Origin: Nitrospirota bacterium
Lineage (GTDB): Bacteria; Nitrospirota; Thermodesulfovibrionia; Thermodesulfovibrionales; Dissulfurispiraceae
Direction of reading: 5' to 3'
Length of the DNA stretch: 60,125 nt
NCBI GenBank assembly: GCA_040754455.1
Contig: JBFMCP010000020.1
Span: forward strand, 1 to 60,125
The notes under the pieces were generated by a model. The model had not been told where the DNA came from and did not search any database. It worked only from the letters and a program-made list of their open reading frames with translations. The stretch's first letter is position 1, and the number at the start of each line of letters is the position of its first letter. Positions 8,718-16,885 of this stretch are shown here, piece after piece. The translations under genes were made by a program, and so were the position numbers.

Positions 8718-9575
8718 TTAGTATTCCTTGAGCAAATCCAGCACCTTGACCGGATTGATCGATCCGTGCGTATCCTTATCGATCACCACGACCGGCGCCA
8801 ACCCGCAGGCACCGAGACAGCGGACCGTTTCGAGAGAGAACTTCTTGTCGGTCGTAATGCCGCCGACATCAATCTTCAATCCGTCGCTGAGTTTCTTCAC
8901 GATCTCTTCTGCGCCTTTGACGTAGCAGGCGGTCCCGAGGCAGACCCTGATATTGTGTTTGCCTTTAGGTTTCATGGTGAAGAACGAGTAGAAGGAGACG
9001 ACACCGTGGACCTCGCTTACCGGCACCTTCAGGCCCTTCGCAATGTGACGCTGTACGACGGGGGGGAGATAACCGATCAGCTCCTGCGCCTCCTGGAGCA
9101 CGGGAATCAGCGCGCCCGGCTTTCCCCTGTAGCGCTTTATGATCTCATCCAGCTTTGCCGCCGCCTCTTTCGTGTAGTCCTCATCCTGGGGCTCAGTCGT
9201 GACACCCTTTTTCTTAAACTCCACGGCTTTGGTCGTCACCTCGACGAGCAGCGCGGGGGAAAACGGCTTCGGCAGGTAATCGACAATTCTCATGCTCAAT
9301 GACTCTTTTATGCTTTCCTGAGAGGGATATCCGGTGATGACCACGATATTGACCTCGGGGTCCTTCGTCCGCACCTGTTTCATAAATTCGAGGCCGTCCA
9401 TCTCAGGCATCTTGAGATCGGTAATAATAAGGTCGTAATTGTTCTTATCAAGGAGGCTCAAGGCCTCTTTTGCAGATGATGCGGTGTTGACCCCGTATCC
9501 CTCAGGACCGAGGATCCTTTCACAGCTGGTTCGCACAATCTGTTCATCATCGACTACAAGGACATTGCCCTTCAT
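8718..9575 (-). CDS. response-regulator receiver fused to a NuoE/HydC [2Fe-2S] subunit
   Basis: REC (VDD, IITDLKMP, ITGY, KPF) followed by NuoE (LIPVLQEAQ, SFYSFF, VCLGTACYVKG, RCLGACGLAP). Confidence 0.92.
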   Translation of the reverse strand: MKGNVLVVDDEQIVRTSCERILGPEGYGVNTASSAKEALSLLDKNNYDLIITDLKMPEMDGLEFMKQVRTKDPEVNIVVITGYPSQESIKESLSMRIVDYLPKPFSPALLVEVTTKAVEFKKKGVTTEPQDEDYTKEAAAKLDEIIKRYRGKPGALIPVLQEAQELIGYLPPVVQRHIAKGLKVPVSEVHGVVSFYSFFTMKPKGKHNIRVCLGTACYVKGAEEIVKKLSDGLKIDVGGITTDKKFSLETVRCLGACGLAPVVVIDKDTHGSINPVKVLDLLKEY

Positions 9576-9587
9576 TCCTTATCCTCC

Positions 9588-10352
9588 TTATCCCTTTATT
9601 GGATTCACTCGTGCAAGCCACAGGTACCATCCATCGCAGAGATGGTCTTTCATGAGTGAGCATATGGCGTCATTGGCGTGCCCGTTCACTTCCTTGATCA
9701 CCCCGGTCATCGGCGCCTTGATCTCGTAGATCTTGCCGTCGCCCGAGAGCAGTTTTGCAAAGGTCTCGCCGTTGGCAATCGCCTTAACGTTCCTCATCAT
9801 ATCGACATACAGCATCTGACCGCTGACGAGGAAATGCCGCACATCAACGCCTATCTCCCATGAGCCGTCTTTTGCCGGACGCGCCCAGGTGCCGTCCTTG
9901 TAGAACATCGTCTGGCTGTCCATATCGGATGCCGGGACAATGTACTCCTTGAACTGGTCGATATACGCCTTTTTAAGGATCCACCCCCTCTTGTCAAAGA
10001 CCCGCTTTGCCACATTCATCATGAAGTCGGGCGTAAAGGGTTTCTCGAGGTACTCGAAGGCGCCGAGCCGGATGGATTCCTTTGCATCCTCCAGCGTCGG
10101 ATACCCGGTTATGACGACGACATCCGCCTTGGGCTGTATGGTCTTTGCCTCCTGGATCACGGTAAGACCGTACACATCAGGGAGTCTGATGTCGGTGATA
10201 ACCAGGTCGAACTCGTCTTTAGAAAGCCTCTCGACAGCACTATGGCCGTCTTCCACGGTGAATACGGTATACCCTTCGCCGCCCAGTATGCGCTTGCAAC
10301 TGAGGCCGACAACGGGATCGTCATCCACCACCAATATTCGCTGCTTATCCAT
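9588..10352 (-). CDS. response-regulator receiver fused to a glycine-cleavage-H (GcvH)-like domain
   Basis: REC (VDDD, VITDIRLP, ITGY, KPF); C-terminus GTWAR...EIGVD...GETFA...APMTGVIKEVN...GWY follows the GcvH pattern; ATG 10352 has an SD. Confidence 0.8.
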   Translation of the reverse strand: MDKQRILVVDDDPVVGLSCKRILGGEGYTVFTVEDGHSAVERLSKDEFDLVITDIRLPDVYGLTVIQEAKTIQPKADVVVITGYPTLEDAKESIRLGAFEYLEKPFTPDFMMNVAKRVFDKRGWILKKAYIDQFKEYIVPASDMDSQTMFYKDGTWARPAKDGSWEIGVDVRHFLVSGQMLYVDMMRNVKAIANGETFAKLLSGDGKIYEIKAPMTGVIKEVNGHANDAICSLMKDHLCDGWYLWLARVNPIKG

Positions 10353-10398
10353 GGTTCCCCCTTTCAATAGGTGTTAACTGCATCAATACCCATTAAAA

Positions 10399-10414
10399 AG
10401 CAATATCGATGCCA
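10399..10414 (-). promoter_or_regulatory. sigma54 (-24/-12) promoter of the REC/oxidoreductase operon
   Basis: Minus strand reads TGGCATCGATATTGCT, matching TGGCA-N6-TTGC. Confidence 0.8.
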
Positions 10415-10465
10415 GGGTAGAAAAACATGAAATTTTAACAGCTTACACCTTCTGAGCGGTTGAAG

Positions 10466-10576
10466 TGTATAACTTTTTTATACGGTAGCTCGTCCCTGTT
10501 GCTGCAGACCTCAAGCTGAAACTCCTTGAAAAACTGCTCTTGTCGCACGCTGCAGAACTGTATATTTTTTCCAGAC
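10466..10576. promoter_or_regulatory. candidate enhancer-binding-protein sites
   Basis: Palindrome GTATAA-N5-TTATAC at 10467-10483 and related TGTATATTTTTTCCAGAC at 10559-10576, upstream of the sigma54 site. Confidence 0.5.
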
Positions 10577-10779
10577 ACCAGCATATGCATCGATGACGGC
10601 AGATTTCAGATTTAAAATCTTAATGCCGATCATAAAATCTGCAGCCATAAATGGTAGAAGCAGGGCAAGCGCATGGAAACAGGGGGGTACGCGCAGGTGG
10701 TTAAGGGAGGGGTGCTCTGGGGAGCCTTCTCAATGTGCGCACTCTTTCGTTTGTCTATCGTTGGTCGAACTACGTAACC

Positions 10780-11523
10780 CTATATATATTCGGACAATCT
10801 CTCACTACGCCGACTTTTGAGCACGATCAGTGTGATGGTGCCTGCCATAAAGATAATTCCTCCTGCCAAGGCCCAGAGCGCACCGGGCTCGCGGCTGACT
10901 TCGAGGAGGATCGCTTTGAAAGGATACGCCTGCAGGTCTTTTACATGGATATTAAAGCCTTTGTAGAGAGATGGCTTGTTCGGAAGCAGCCGGTCCTGCT
11001 GCATTACCGCACCATCGGCGAGATATTCTACATCAACGGACCAGCCGGTAAGATAGCCGCGGGGGTCGATCTGCAGGTCGATGCTCTTTATCCTCATCAC
11101 CGTGCTCCCGGCAATCTCGAGGGCGGTCCCTTCCTGCGCAACGGCGTTGCCTTTAAACCCCTCGAGCGAGCTGAGCAGGTGGGCGAGGAGAATGAAGATG
11201 AATCCGATATGAACGATCTGCGGGGATATCAACAGGAGCCATTGCGTGGCCTTTCGTTTTTTTATGATCGACTCGATGCTGCAAAAGAGCGTATTGGCGG
11301 AAAGCAGAACAAGGATGATGACGGATGCCCACAGCCACCACGTGATCCCCGATGCTTGTACGTTCATCCATTCAAAGAGCGGCATGGCATGGATGGACTG
11401 AAACTCCTGATGTGAGGGCATGATCACGGCTCCCGCAAAGAGCATGATGATGAGCAAACAGAGGAGCCAGATGGCTGTCCGCAGAGAGAGAAGAAAGCTC
11501 AGCAGCTGTTTCCCGATCATCAT
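10780..11523 (-). CDS. short ResB/CcsB-like cytochrome c biogenesis protein
   Basis: LSLRTAIWLL TM segment, ANTLFCS, SPQIVHIGF (conserved His), REPG before the C-terminal TM; adjacent to ccsA. Confidence 0.8.
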   Translation of the reverse strand: MMIGKQLLSFLLSLRTAIWLLCLLIIMLFAGAVIMPSHQEFQSIHAMPLFEWMNVQASGITWWLWASVIILVLLSANTLFCSIESIIKKRKATQWLLLISPQIVHIGFIFILLAHLLSSLEGFKGNAVAQEGTALEIAGSTVMRIKSIDLQIDPRGYLTGWSVDVEYLADGAVMQQDRLLPNKPSLYKGFNIHVKDLQAYPFKAILLEVSREPGALWALAGGIIFMAGTITLIVLKSRRSERLSEYI

Positions 11524-11577
11524 TCAGTCTCCTTGTTTCCGACTCCCTACCTTTATTCTGACTCCTGAATACCGCTT

Positions 11578-12288
11578 TTAAAAACTATGCGAACTCTTCA
11601 TTAAGAGACTCACGCCGAGATACGTAAACAACACGACGGCGAATCCTGCAATGCCGATGATTGCCGAAGGCCTTCCCATCCACTCCTGCCGCAATCGCGC
11701 ATGGAGATAAAGACTGTAAAAAAGCCACAGAATACTGGTCCAGAGCTCCTTGGGCGTCCATAACCAGTACGTGCCCCATGCAAGATACGCCCAAATACCT
11801 CCGAAGATCATCGAGAGAGAGAAGAAGCAGTATCCGATGAGTATCGAGCGGTACTGCATGCTCTCAAGTAAGCTGTCATGTCTTTTCAGATAGAGTGCGC
11901 CGAGGACTGCTGCGATGCCGAAGAGGGCATAGGACAGAAAGGCAAGCACCACATGCAGCTCGAACCACAACGTCTTCAATACCGGCGGCAGCGGAGTATT
12001 ATGCTGTTTGGCAACAAGAGCGAAGACCGTGAAGAGAGCGGCGAGCAGGGCAATCCAGCTGTAGTATTGGAGATGCTCCCTTAAACGCCGGTGAAAGGGC
12101 AGCGAAAAGGCGATCATGGAAGCGGAAAGAAAGGTAAGAGTATCATGAGGCCCCACAAGGGGGAGTCTCCCCAGGGTCAATCCCCTTGAGATGATATAAG
12201 CTATCTGGAGTGCGAGGCCGACATAGAGGAGCGGCCGCTTCCAAAGGCTGAAAAGGTAAAAGGGAAAAGCAGCGAATGCTAGCAGCAT
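11578..12288 (-). CDS. ccsA: cytochrome c biogenesis protein CcsA (system II)
   Basis: GRLPL, WFELHV, GGIWAYLAWGTYWLWTPKE, LYLH and C-terminal SSHSF. Confidence 0.9.
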   Translation of the reverse strand: MLLAFAAFPFYLFSLWKRPLLYVGLALQIAYIISRGLTLGRLPLVGPHDTLTFLSASMIAFSLPFHRRLREHLQYYSWIALLAALFTVFALVAKQHNTPLPPVLKTLWFELHVVLAFLSYALFGIAAVLGALYLKRHDSLLESMQYRSILIGYCFFSLSMIFGGIWAYLAWGTYWLWTPKELWTSILWLFYSLYLHARLRQEWMGRPSAIIGIAGFAVVLFTYLGVSLLMKSSHSF

Positions 12289-12319
12289 CTAAACTGCCTC
12301 ACGGGCAGGCCTCGGGTCT

Positions 12320-12505
12320 TCAGGCAATGACCTTGCCCTGATCGAGAATGCATTTATCGGTGACAATGCCTGAATCCGTATGGATTTCAAAAGAGTACGT
12401 GGTTATTGCACCCTCTTTGATCAGCTTATCGCAGAAATCCCTCAGTGTCCGCTGGCCTTCCGCAAGGTCGGACGTCGTAAGATTGACCTTGATCTCAGCT
12501 TTCAT
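12320..12505 (-). CDS. small hypothetical protein (61 aa)
   Basis: ATG overlaps the purB 3' end; co-oriented; plausible composition. Confidence 0.6.
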   Translation of the reverse strand: MKAEIKVNLTTSDLAEGQRTLRDFCDKLIKEGAITTYSFEIHTDSGIVTDKCILDQGKVIA

Positions 12506-13793
12506 TGAAAACCCTGCCGAAGATATAGTCAATATTTCTGAGATAATATTTCAGATCGAAGAGGTCTTCGATCTCCTGCGGTGAAAGATACCTGGCGATG
12601 TCACTGTCTTTCTGCAGGAGCTTCATAAAACTCGCTCCCTTGCTCCAGCTCTCCATGGCATTCCGCTGTACCATGGCATAGGCCTCCTCACGGGTGACGC
12701 CCTTTTCCACAAGGGCGAGCATTGCTCGCTGCGAGTTGTACAGTCCGAAACTCCGGTCCATATTCGCACGCATCCTTTCAGGGTAGACATGCAGGTCTCT
12801 CAGAATGCCCTTCAACCGATTGAGCATGTAATCGACCAGGATCGTGCTGTCGGGAACAATGATACGCTCGACTGACGAGTGGGATATGTCCCGTTCATGC
12901 CAGAGGGCGATGTCTTCAAGCGCAGCAAGGGTGTTGGAGCGGACGACACGGGCAAGTCCCGAAAGGTTTTCCGAGCCGACAGGGTTTCTCTTGTGCGGCA
13001 TTGCGGAAGACCCCTTCTGGCCGGCGGTAAAGGGCTCTTCAGCCTCGAGCACTTCCGTTCTCTGAAGATGGCGTATCTCTACGGAAATCTTCTCCACCGA
13101 TGCAGCGATCAGGGCAAGTGCGGTCATGTACTCGGCATGCCGGTCTCGCTGCACCACCTGTGTGGCAATAGGCTCCGGCGTAAGCCCCAGCTTTTTACAG
13201 ACCTTCTCTTCCAGGGCTGTCGGAATATTGGAGAAGGTGCCTACTGCACCGGAGAATTTTCCGATGCTCACCACCTCCTTCGCGCGCTCGATCCTCTCGA
13301 GGTTCCTCTTCGCATCTTCATACCAGAGGGCGAATTTCAATCCAAACATCATGGGCTCGGCATGGACGCCATGACTTCTGCCCATACAGGGGGTCTCCTT
13401 ATAGGTGAACGCCTGGGCTTTCAGGACCTCCATTAAGGCTTTGATATCCTCGATGATGATGTCCGCTGCCTCTCGCATGAGCAGCGAGAGCGCGGTGTCG
13501 ACCACATCGGACGAGGTGAGGCCCTTGTGGATGAACCGGGATTCGGGACCGACAAATTCCGCTACAGAGGTAAGGAAGGCAATGACGTCATGCTTTACGG
13601 TCCTTTCGATCTCGTCGATCCTCCCGACGTCAAACCGTGCCTTCTCTTTGATGACCCTGAGCGCATCCTGCGGGATTTCTCCCATCTCGGCCCATGCCTC
13701 GCAGGCCGCAATCTCAACATCAAGCCACTTCTGGAATCTGTTTTCAGGCTCCCACAGACGCCCCATTTCAGGACGCGTATATCGTGCTATCAT
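12495..13793 (-). CDS. purB: adenylosuccinate lyase
   Basis: MIARY start, KHDVIAF, GRSHGVHAEP, GSSAMPHKRNP. Confidence 0.98.
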   Translation of the reverse strand: MIARYTRPEMGRLWEPENRFQKWLDVEIAACEAWAEMGEIPQDALRVIKEKARFDVGRIDEIERTVKHDVIAFLTSVAEFVGPESRFIHKGLTSSDVVDTALSLLMREAADIIIEDIKALMEVLKAQAFTYKETPCMGRSHGVHAEPMMFGLKFALWYEDAKRNLERIERAKEVVSIGKFSGAVGTFSNIPTALEEKVCKKLGLTPEPIATQVVQRDRHAEYMTALALIAASVEKISVEIRHLQRTEVLEAEEPFTAGQKGSSAMPHKRNPVGSENLSGLARVVRSNTLAALEDIALWHERDISHSSVERIIVPDSTILVDYMLNRLKGILRDLHVYPERMRANMDRSFGLYNSQRAMLALVEKGVTREEAYAMVQRNAMESWSKGASFMKLLQKDSDIARYLSPQEIEDLFDLKYYLRNIDYIFGRVFNES

Positions 13794-13810
13794 AGTTCCT
13801 CCGTTCAAAT

Positions 13811-13930
13811 AAGTAATCAGCTCTCAGCGATCAGCTTTCAGTCCGTATTTTGACATGGACTTTATAGAAATGCCGTTTCCCTTTGTCCCCTGCTGATAGC
13901 TGATGGCTGATGGCTGAAAGCTGATTGCTT
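13811..13930. repeat. inverted heptamer-period repeat hairpin
   Basis: AAGTAATCAG CTCTCAG CGATCAG CTTTCAG ... CTGATAG CTGATGG CTGATGG CTGAAAG CTGATTGCTT. Confidence 0.8.
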
Positions 13931-13932
13931 TC

Positions 13933-14811
13933 TTACCGCTTAAGCAATCTTTCTATCTTAATCAAATTGTTACGGATCTTTCCAATGCCGAAGAGCTTGC
14001 CGTCAGGATCCTTGAGCCGTATGAACGGCGCTTTCTCCGTCTCCCTGATCCCCCATCTCCCGGGTTCGATGATGACCGGATTCCCGTTCTTCGCCTTTCT
14101 GAGGGTATCTCCCTCCAGCCTGATCTCCGGCAAATGGTGTAATGCATCGTCAACAGAGCAGAGGGCGCTGCTCTTCTGCGGCAGTTCGTCGATAGCCGCC
14201 GCATTATCGATAGTGAACGCCCCGATTCTCGTGCGTATCAATTCAACGAGATGCGCTCCTACCCCGAGATCATCTCCTATATCATTGCAAAGAGAGCGGA
14301 TGTAGGTCCCCTTTGAGCAGGTCACTTTGAGCGTGAGAAAGGGGCTCTCGAATCGCACTATTTCAATTGCTGAAATCGTTACAGAGCGGGGCTTTCGTTC
14401 GATGACAACGCCTTTCCGGGCAAGCTCATAGAGGGGAGTGCCGTTGACTTTGATCGCCGAATACATGGGCGGTGTCTGCTCTATGTCGCCGATGAATTTC
14501 CGGGCCGCTCGCTCGACATCTTCACGGGTCACCTCGAAATCCGTTACCGTTTTTGTGATGCTTCCTTCCGTGTCGTAGGTATCGGTGGCCTCGCCGAGCT
14601 TTGCAGTCATGAGGTATTCCTTGTCGAGGTCAGAGAGGAATCCGGTGATCTTCGTCGCCTCGTTAAGGCAGACCAGGAGGACCCCTGTTGCAATGGGATC
14701 GAGTGTTCCTGCATGGCCAGCCTTCCGTACCTTGAACCGCTTTTTTACGTCAGTAACCGCCTCCTGGGAGGTGATGCCGTGGGGCTTGTTGAGGTTAATA
14801 ACCAAATTCAT
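13933..14811 (-). CDS. truB: tRNA pseudouridine(55) synthase
   Basis: GHAGTLDP, PPMYSAIKVNG, CSKGTYIRSL. Confidence 0.98.
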   Translation of the reverse strand: MNLVINLNKPHGITSQEAVTDVKKRFKVRKAGHAGTLDPIATGVLLVCLNEATKITGFLSDLDKEYLMTAKLGEATDTYDTEGSITKTVTDFEVTREDVERAARKFIGDIEQTPPMYSAIKVNGTPLYELARKGVVIERKPRSVTISAIEIVRFESPFLTLKVTCSKGTYIRSLCNDIGDDLGVGAHLVELIRTRIGAFTIDNAAAIDELPQKSSALCSVDDALHHLPEIRLEGDTLRKAKNGNPVIIEPGRWGIRETEKAPFIRLKDPDGKLFGIGKIRNNLIKIERLLKR

Positions 14812-16885
14812 AGAGCGTCAGTCCTCTGCCGCCCCCGAATTCGAGACCTTTGAGCTGAACGAGCAGGGTGAATTTATATTCCGTAGCACGCTGGTCGTCT
14901 CCGGGCTTCCGTGTAAAGACGGCATCGATCGCCCAGCACTGCTGGAGGTAGCGGAGCAAAAAGCTCGAGTCCCTAAGACCTTTTCCCTTCAGGTCGTACC
15001 ATGCATTGGTAGCGAACATCAGCCTTTTGCTCAGGATGGAGGCGATCTCGGCATTGAGCTGTGTGGTCCCCGACCTGGAATAGTATTCCGAAAGTCTGAT
15101 CGAGGTATTCTTTATAATCTGGGTGCTGATGCTCGTATTCATGGTCTCGGTATGGCCGGTATTGAAATTATAGGACATATCATAGGTTAAGGTGACCGGT
15201 CCGCTCAGAGAGACCGCCAATGCAGTGGGTGCAAGGGGTCTGTCGCCTGCATGAAAGTTCAGCGATTGGGTCAAGGTTGACGCCAGTGAGAACTTTCTAA
15301 AAGCGAGGCTGTTATAGAGCGAGAAACTTGCCTGAGCGGTTTTATTGAAGAGCTCTGCAGAATCGAAGACCGGCAGAGGATGTGTTTGGGGAATAAACGC
15401 AAATGACAATGAGGGCTCTATAATATGGGTGGCCGCTGCATAGTTCCGGGTGAATCGTGTAAGGGCATTCGCCCGGTATTCAAAGGTTTCCCGGTGGGGC
15501 GAAGAATCAAAGGGGTCGCTGTTGCTGAGATTGTACGCCGTCTCCCTGAGTGAGAGCGACTGGAATACCCTGACTGCATCGCCGAAGGAATAGGCGAGCG
15601 TGGGACTGATATCAATTCTTTGGCCTTTCGGCCCCTTGTCCCTGATGAAGTTGGTAGCTGTCGATGTCATGGAAAAGAGCAGGGGGCCGATACTTGTTGC
15701 ATTTACAACATATCCGAGCTCGGGCAGACGCTGGGGCTCTTCCGAACTCGTGTTCTGGAGATCGATCCAGTGCTGGCCGAGGAGATAGGCCCTGGAGTTT
15801 CTGAACGGCACCGAAATTTCGGCGCTCGATTGCAGGAAGCGCTGGATCCTCAGATTTCTGTCCCGGCCGTATTCTTTTAAGAAGTCCTCTTCGTTGACAT
15901 AGTTGATATCTGCAAATGCCCGTATGTCGCCGAGCTGCTGGTCATGTGACCCCTTAATTTCATAGAACGTCTTGCTCAACTCCGAATCCCTGAGGTGGTA
16001 AAGATACCATGTCCCCTTGCTGGTAAAGTCGAGATAACGGTACTCGATCCCTTTGCCGAGACCCCGTTTGCTATAGTAGTCGAGGTAGAAGGTGGCGTCT
16101 TTGTTCTCATCGATCGCCCAGAAGAAGGAAGGGCTGAACTGAAAGCCTTTGGTTGAGCTGTTGCCAAAGACCGGGAACAAAAAGCCTGTTTCCCGATCAC
16201 TGGCAAGAGGGGCCCAGAGAAAGGGGGAGTAGAGGACCGGCAATCCTTTGACCCTGTAGGTGACATTTTTCGTGGTGAGCTTCTTGCCTACGACGATGTC
16301 CACCTTCTCGCCCCTGAAACACCAATCAGGGTCCGAGGGGTCGTCAGTGCAGGTCGTAAAAGTCGCTTCCGGGGCATAGTAGTGGCTATCGCTCAGCTTT
16401 TCGATCTTATCGCTCCTGATCCGGTATTCGATCTTCCCCTCTCGTGCAAAGGCACCTTTGGCGACAATATCCTGGCTGCCTTGTCCTTTGCTCTGACCGG
16501 TTCCCCCCTTCCGGTCTTTGATGAGAATGATCGTGTTGTAGAGTCTGCCGGTCTTTGTATCGAGATTCATTTCCGCCCGTTCGGCATTGATCAGCGTCGT
16601 TGCATCCTCGAACGTGACATGGCCGAACGCCTCGGCATCGGAGGTCGTGTCATAGAGGATCGCTCTGTCGGCAAGGAGCACGGAGCCGCCTTTCTCCATC
16701 CTCACATTGCCGGTAGCGACATACTTGTTTTCAGACCTGAAATATTCGAGATGGTCGGCGGTGATGGTAGTAGCAAACGCATCAGAAGTCAGAAGCCAGA
16801 AGCCGGAAGCCAGAAGCCAGAATAAAAGCCTAAAGACAAAAACTTCCGAATTCTGAATTCTGGATTCTGACTTCTGGGCTCTCAT
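14795..16885 (-). CDS. lptD: LPS assembly outer-membrane protein LptD
   Basis: OstA-like N-domain (ITADHLEY, ATGNV, ATFTTC), PVLYSP, RETGFLFP, beta-barrel, QCW near the C-terminus. Confidence 0.88.
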   Translation of the reverse strand: MRAQKSESRIQNSEVFVFRLLFWLLASGFWLLTSDAFATTITADHLEYFRSENKYVATGNVRMEKGGSVLLADRAILYDTTSDAEAFGHVTFEDATTLINAERAEMNLDTKTGRLYNTIILIKDRKGGTGQSKGQGSQDIVAKGAFAREGKIEYRIRSDKIEKLSDSHYYAPEATFTTCTDDPSDPDWCFRGEKVDIVVGKKLTTKNVTYRVKGLPVLYSPFLWAPLASDRETGFLFPVFGNSSTKGFQFSPSFFWAIDENKDATFYLDYYSKRGLGKGIEYRYLDFTSKGTWYLYHLRDSELSKTFYEIKGSHDQQLGDIRAFADINYVNEEDFLKEYGRDRNLRIQRFLQSSAEISVPFRNSRAYLLGQHWIDLQNTSSEEPQRLPELGYVVNATSIGPLLFSMTSTATNFIRDKGPKGQRIDISPTLAYSFGDAVRVFQSLSLRETAYNLSNSDPFDSSPHRETFEYRANALTRFTRNYAAATHIIEPSLSFAFIPQTHPLPVFDSAELFNKTAQASFSLYNSLAFRKFSLASTLTQSLNFHAGDRPLAPTALAVSLSGPVTLTYDMSYNFNTGHTETMNTSISTQIIKNTSIRLSEYYSRSGTTQLNAEIASILSKRLMFATNAWYDLKGKGLRDSSFLLRYLQQCWAIDAVFTRKPGDDQRATEYKFTLLVQLKGLEFGGGRGLTLYEFGY
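16781..16876. repeat. heptamer-period hairpin inside the lptD signal-peptide coding region
   Basis: Minus strand: CAGAAGT CAGAATC CAGAATT CAGAATT ... TTCTGGC TTCTGGC TTCCGGC TTCTGGC TTCTGAC. Confidence 0.8.

Noticed and set aside
13811..13930. CRISPR array interpretation of the short repeats
   Set aside because: Units are 7 nt and inverted, with no unique spacers and no cas genes.
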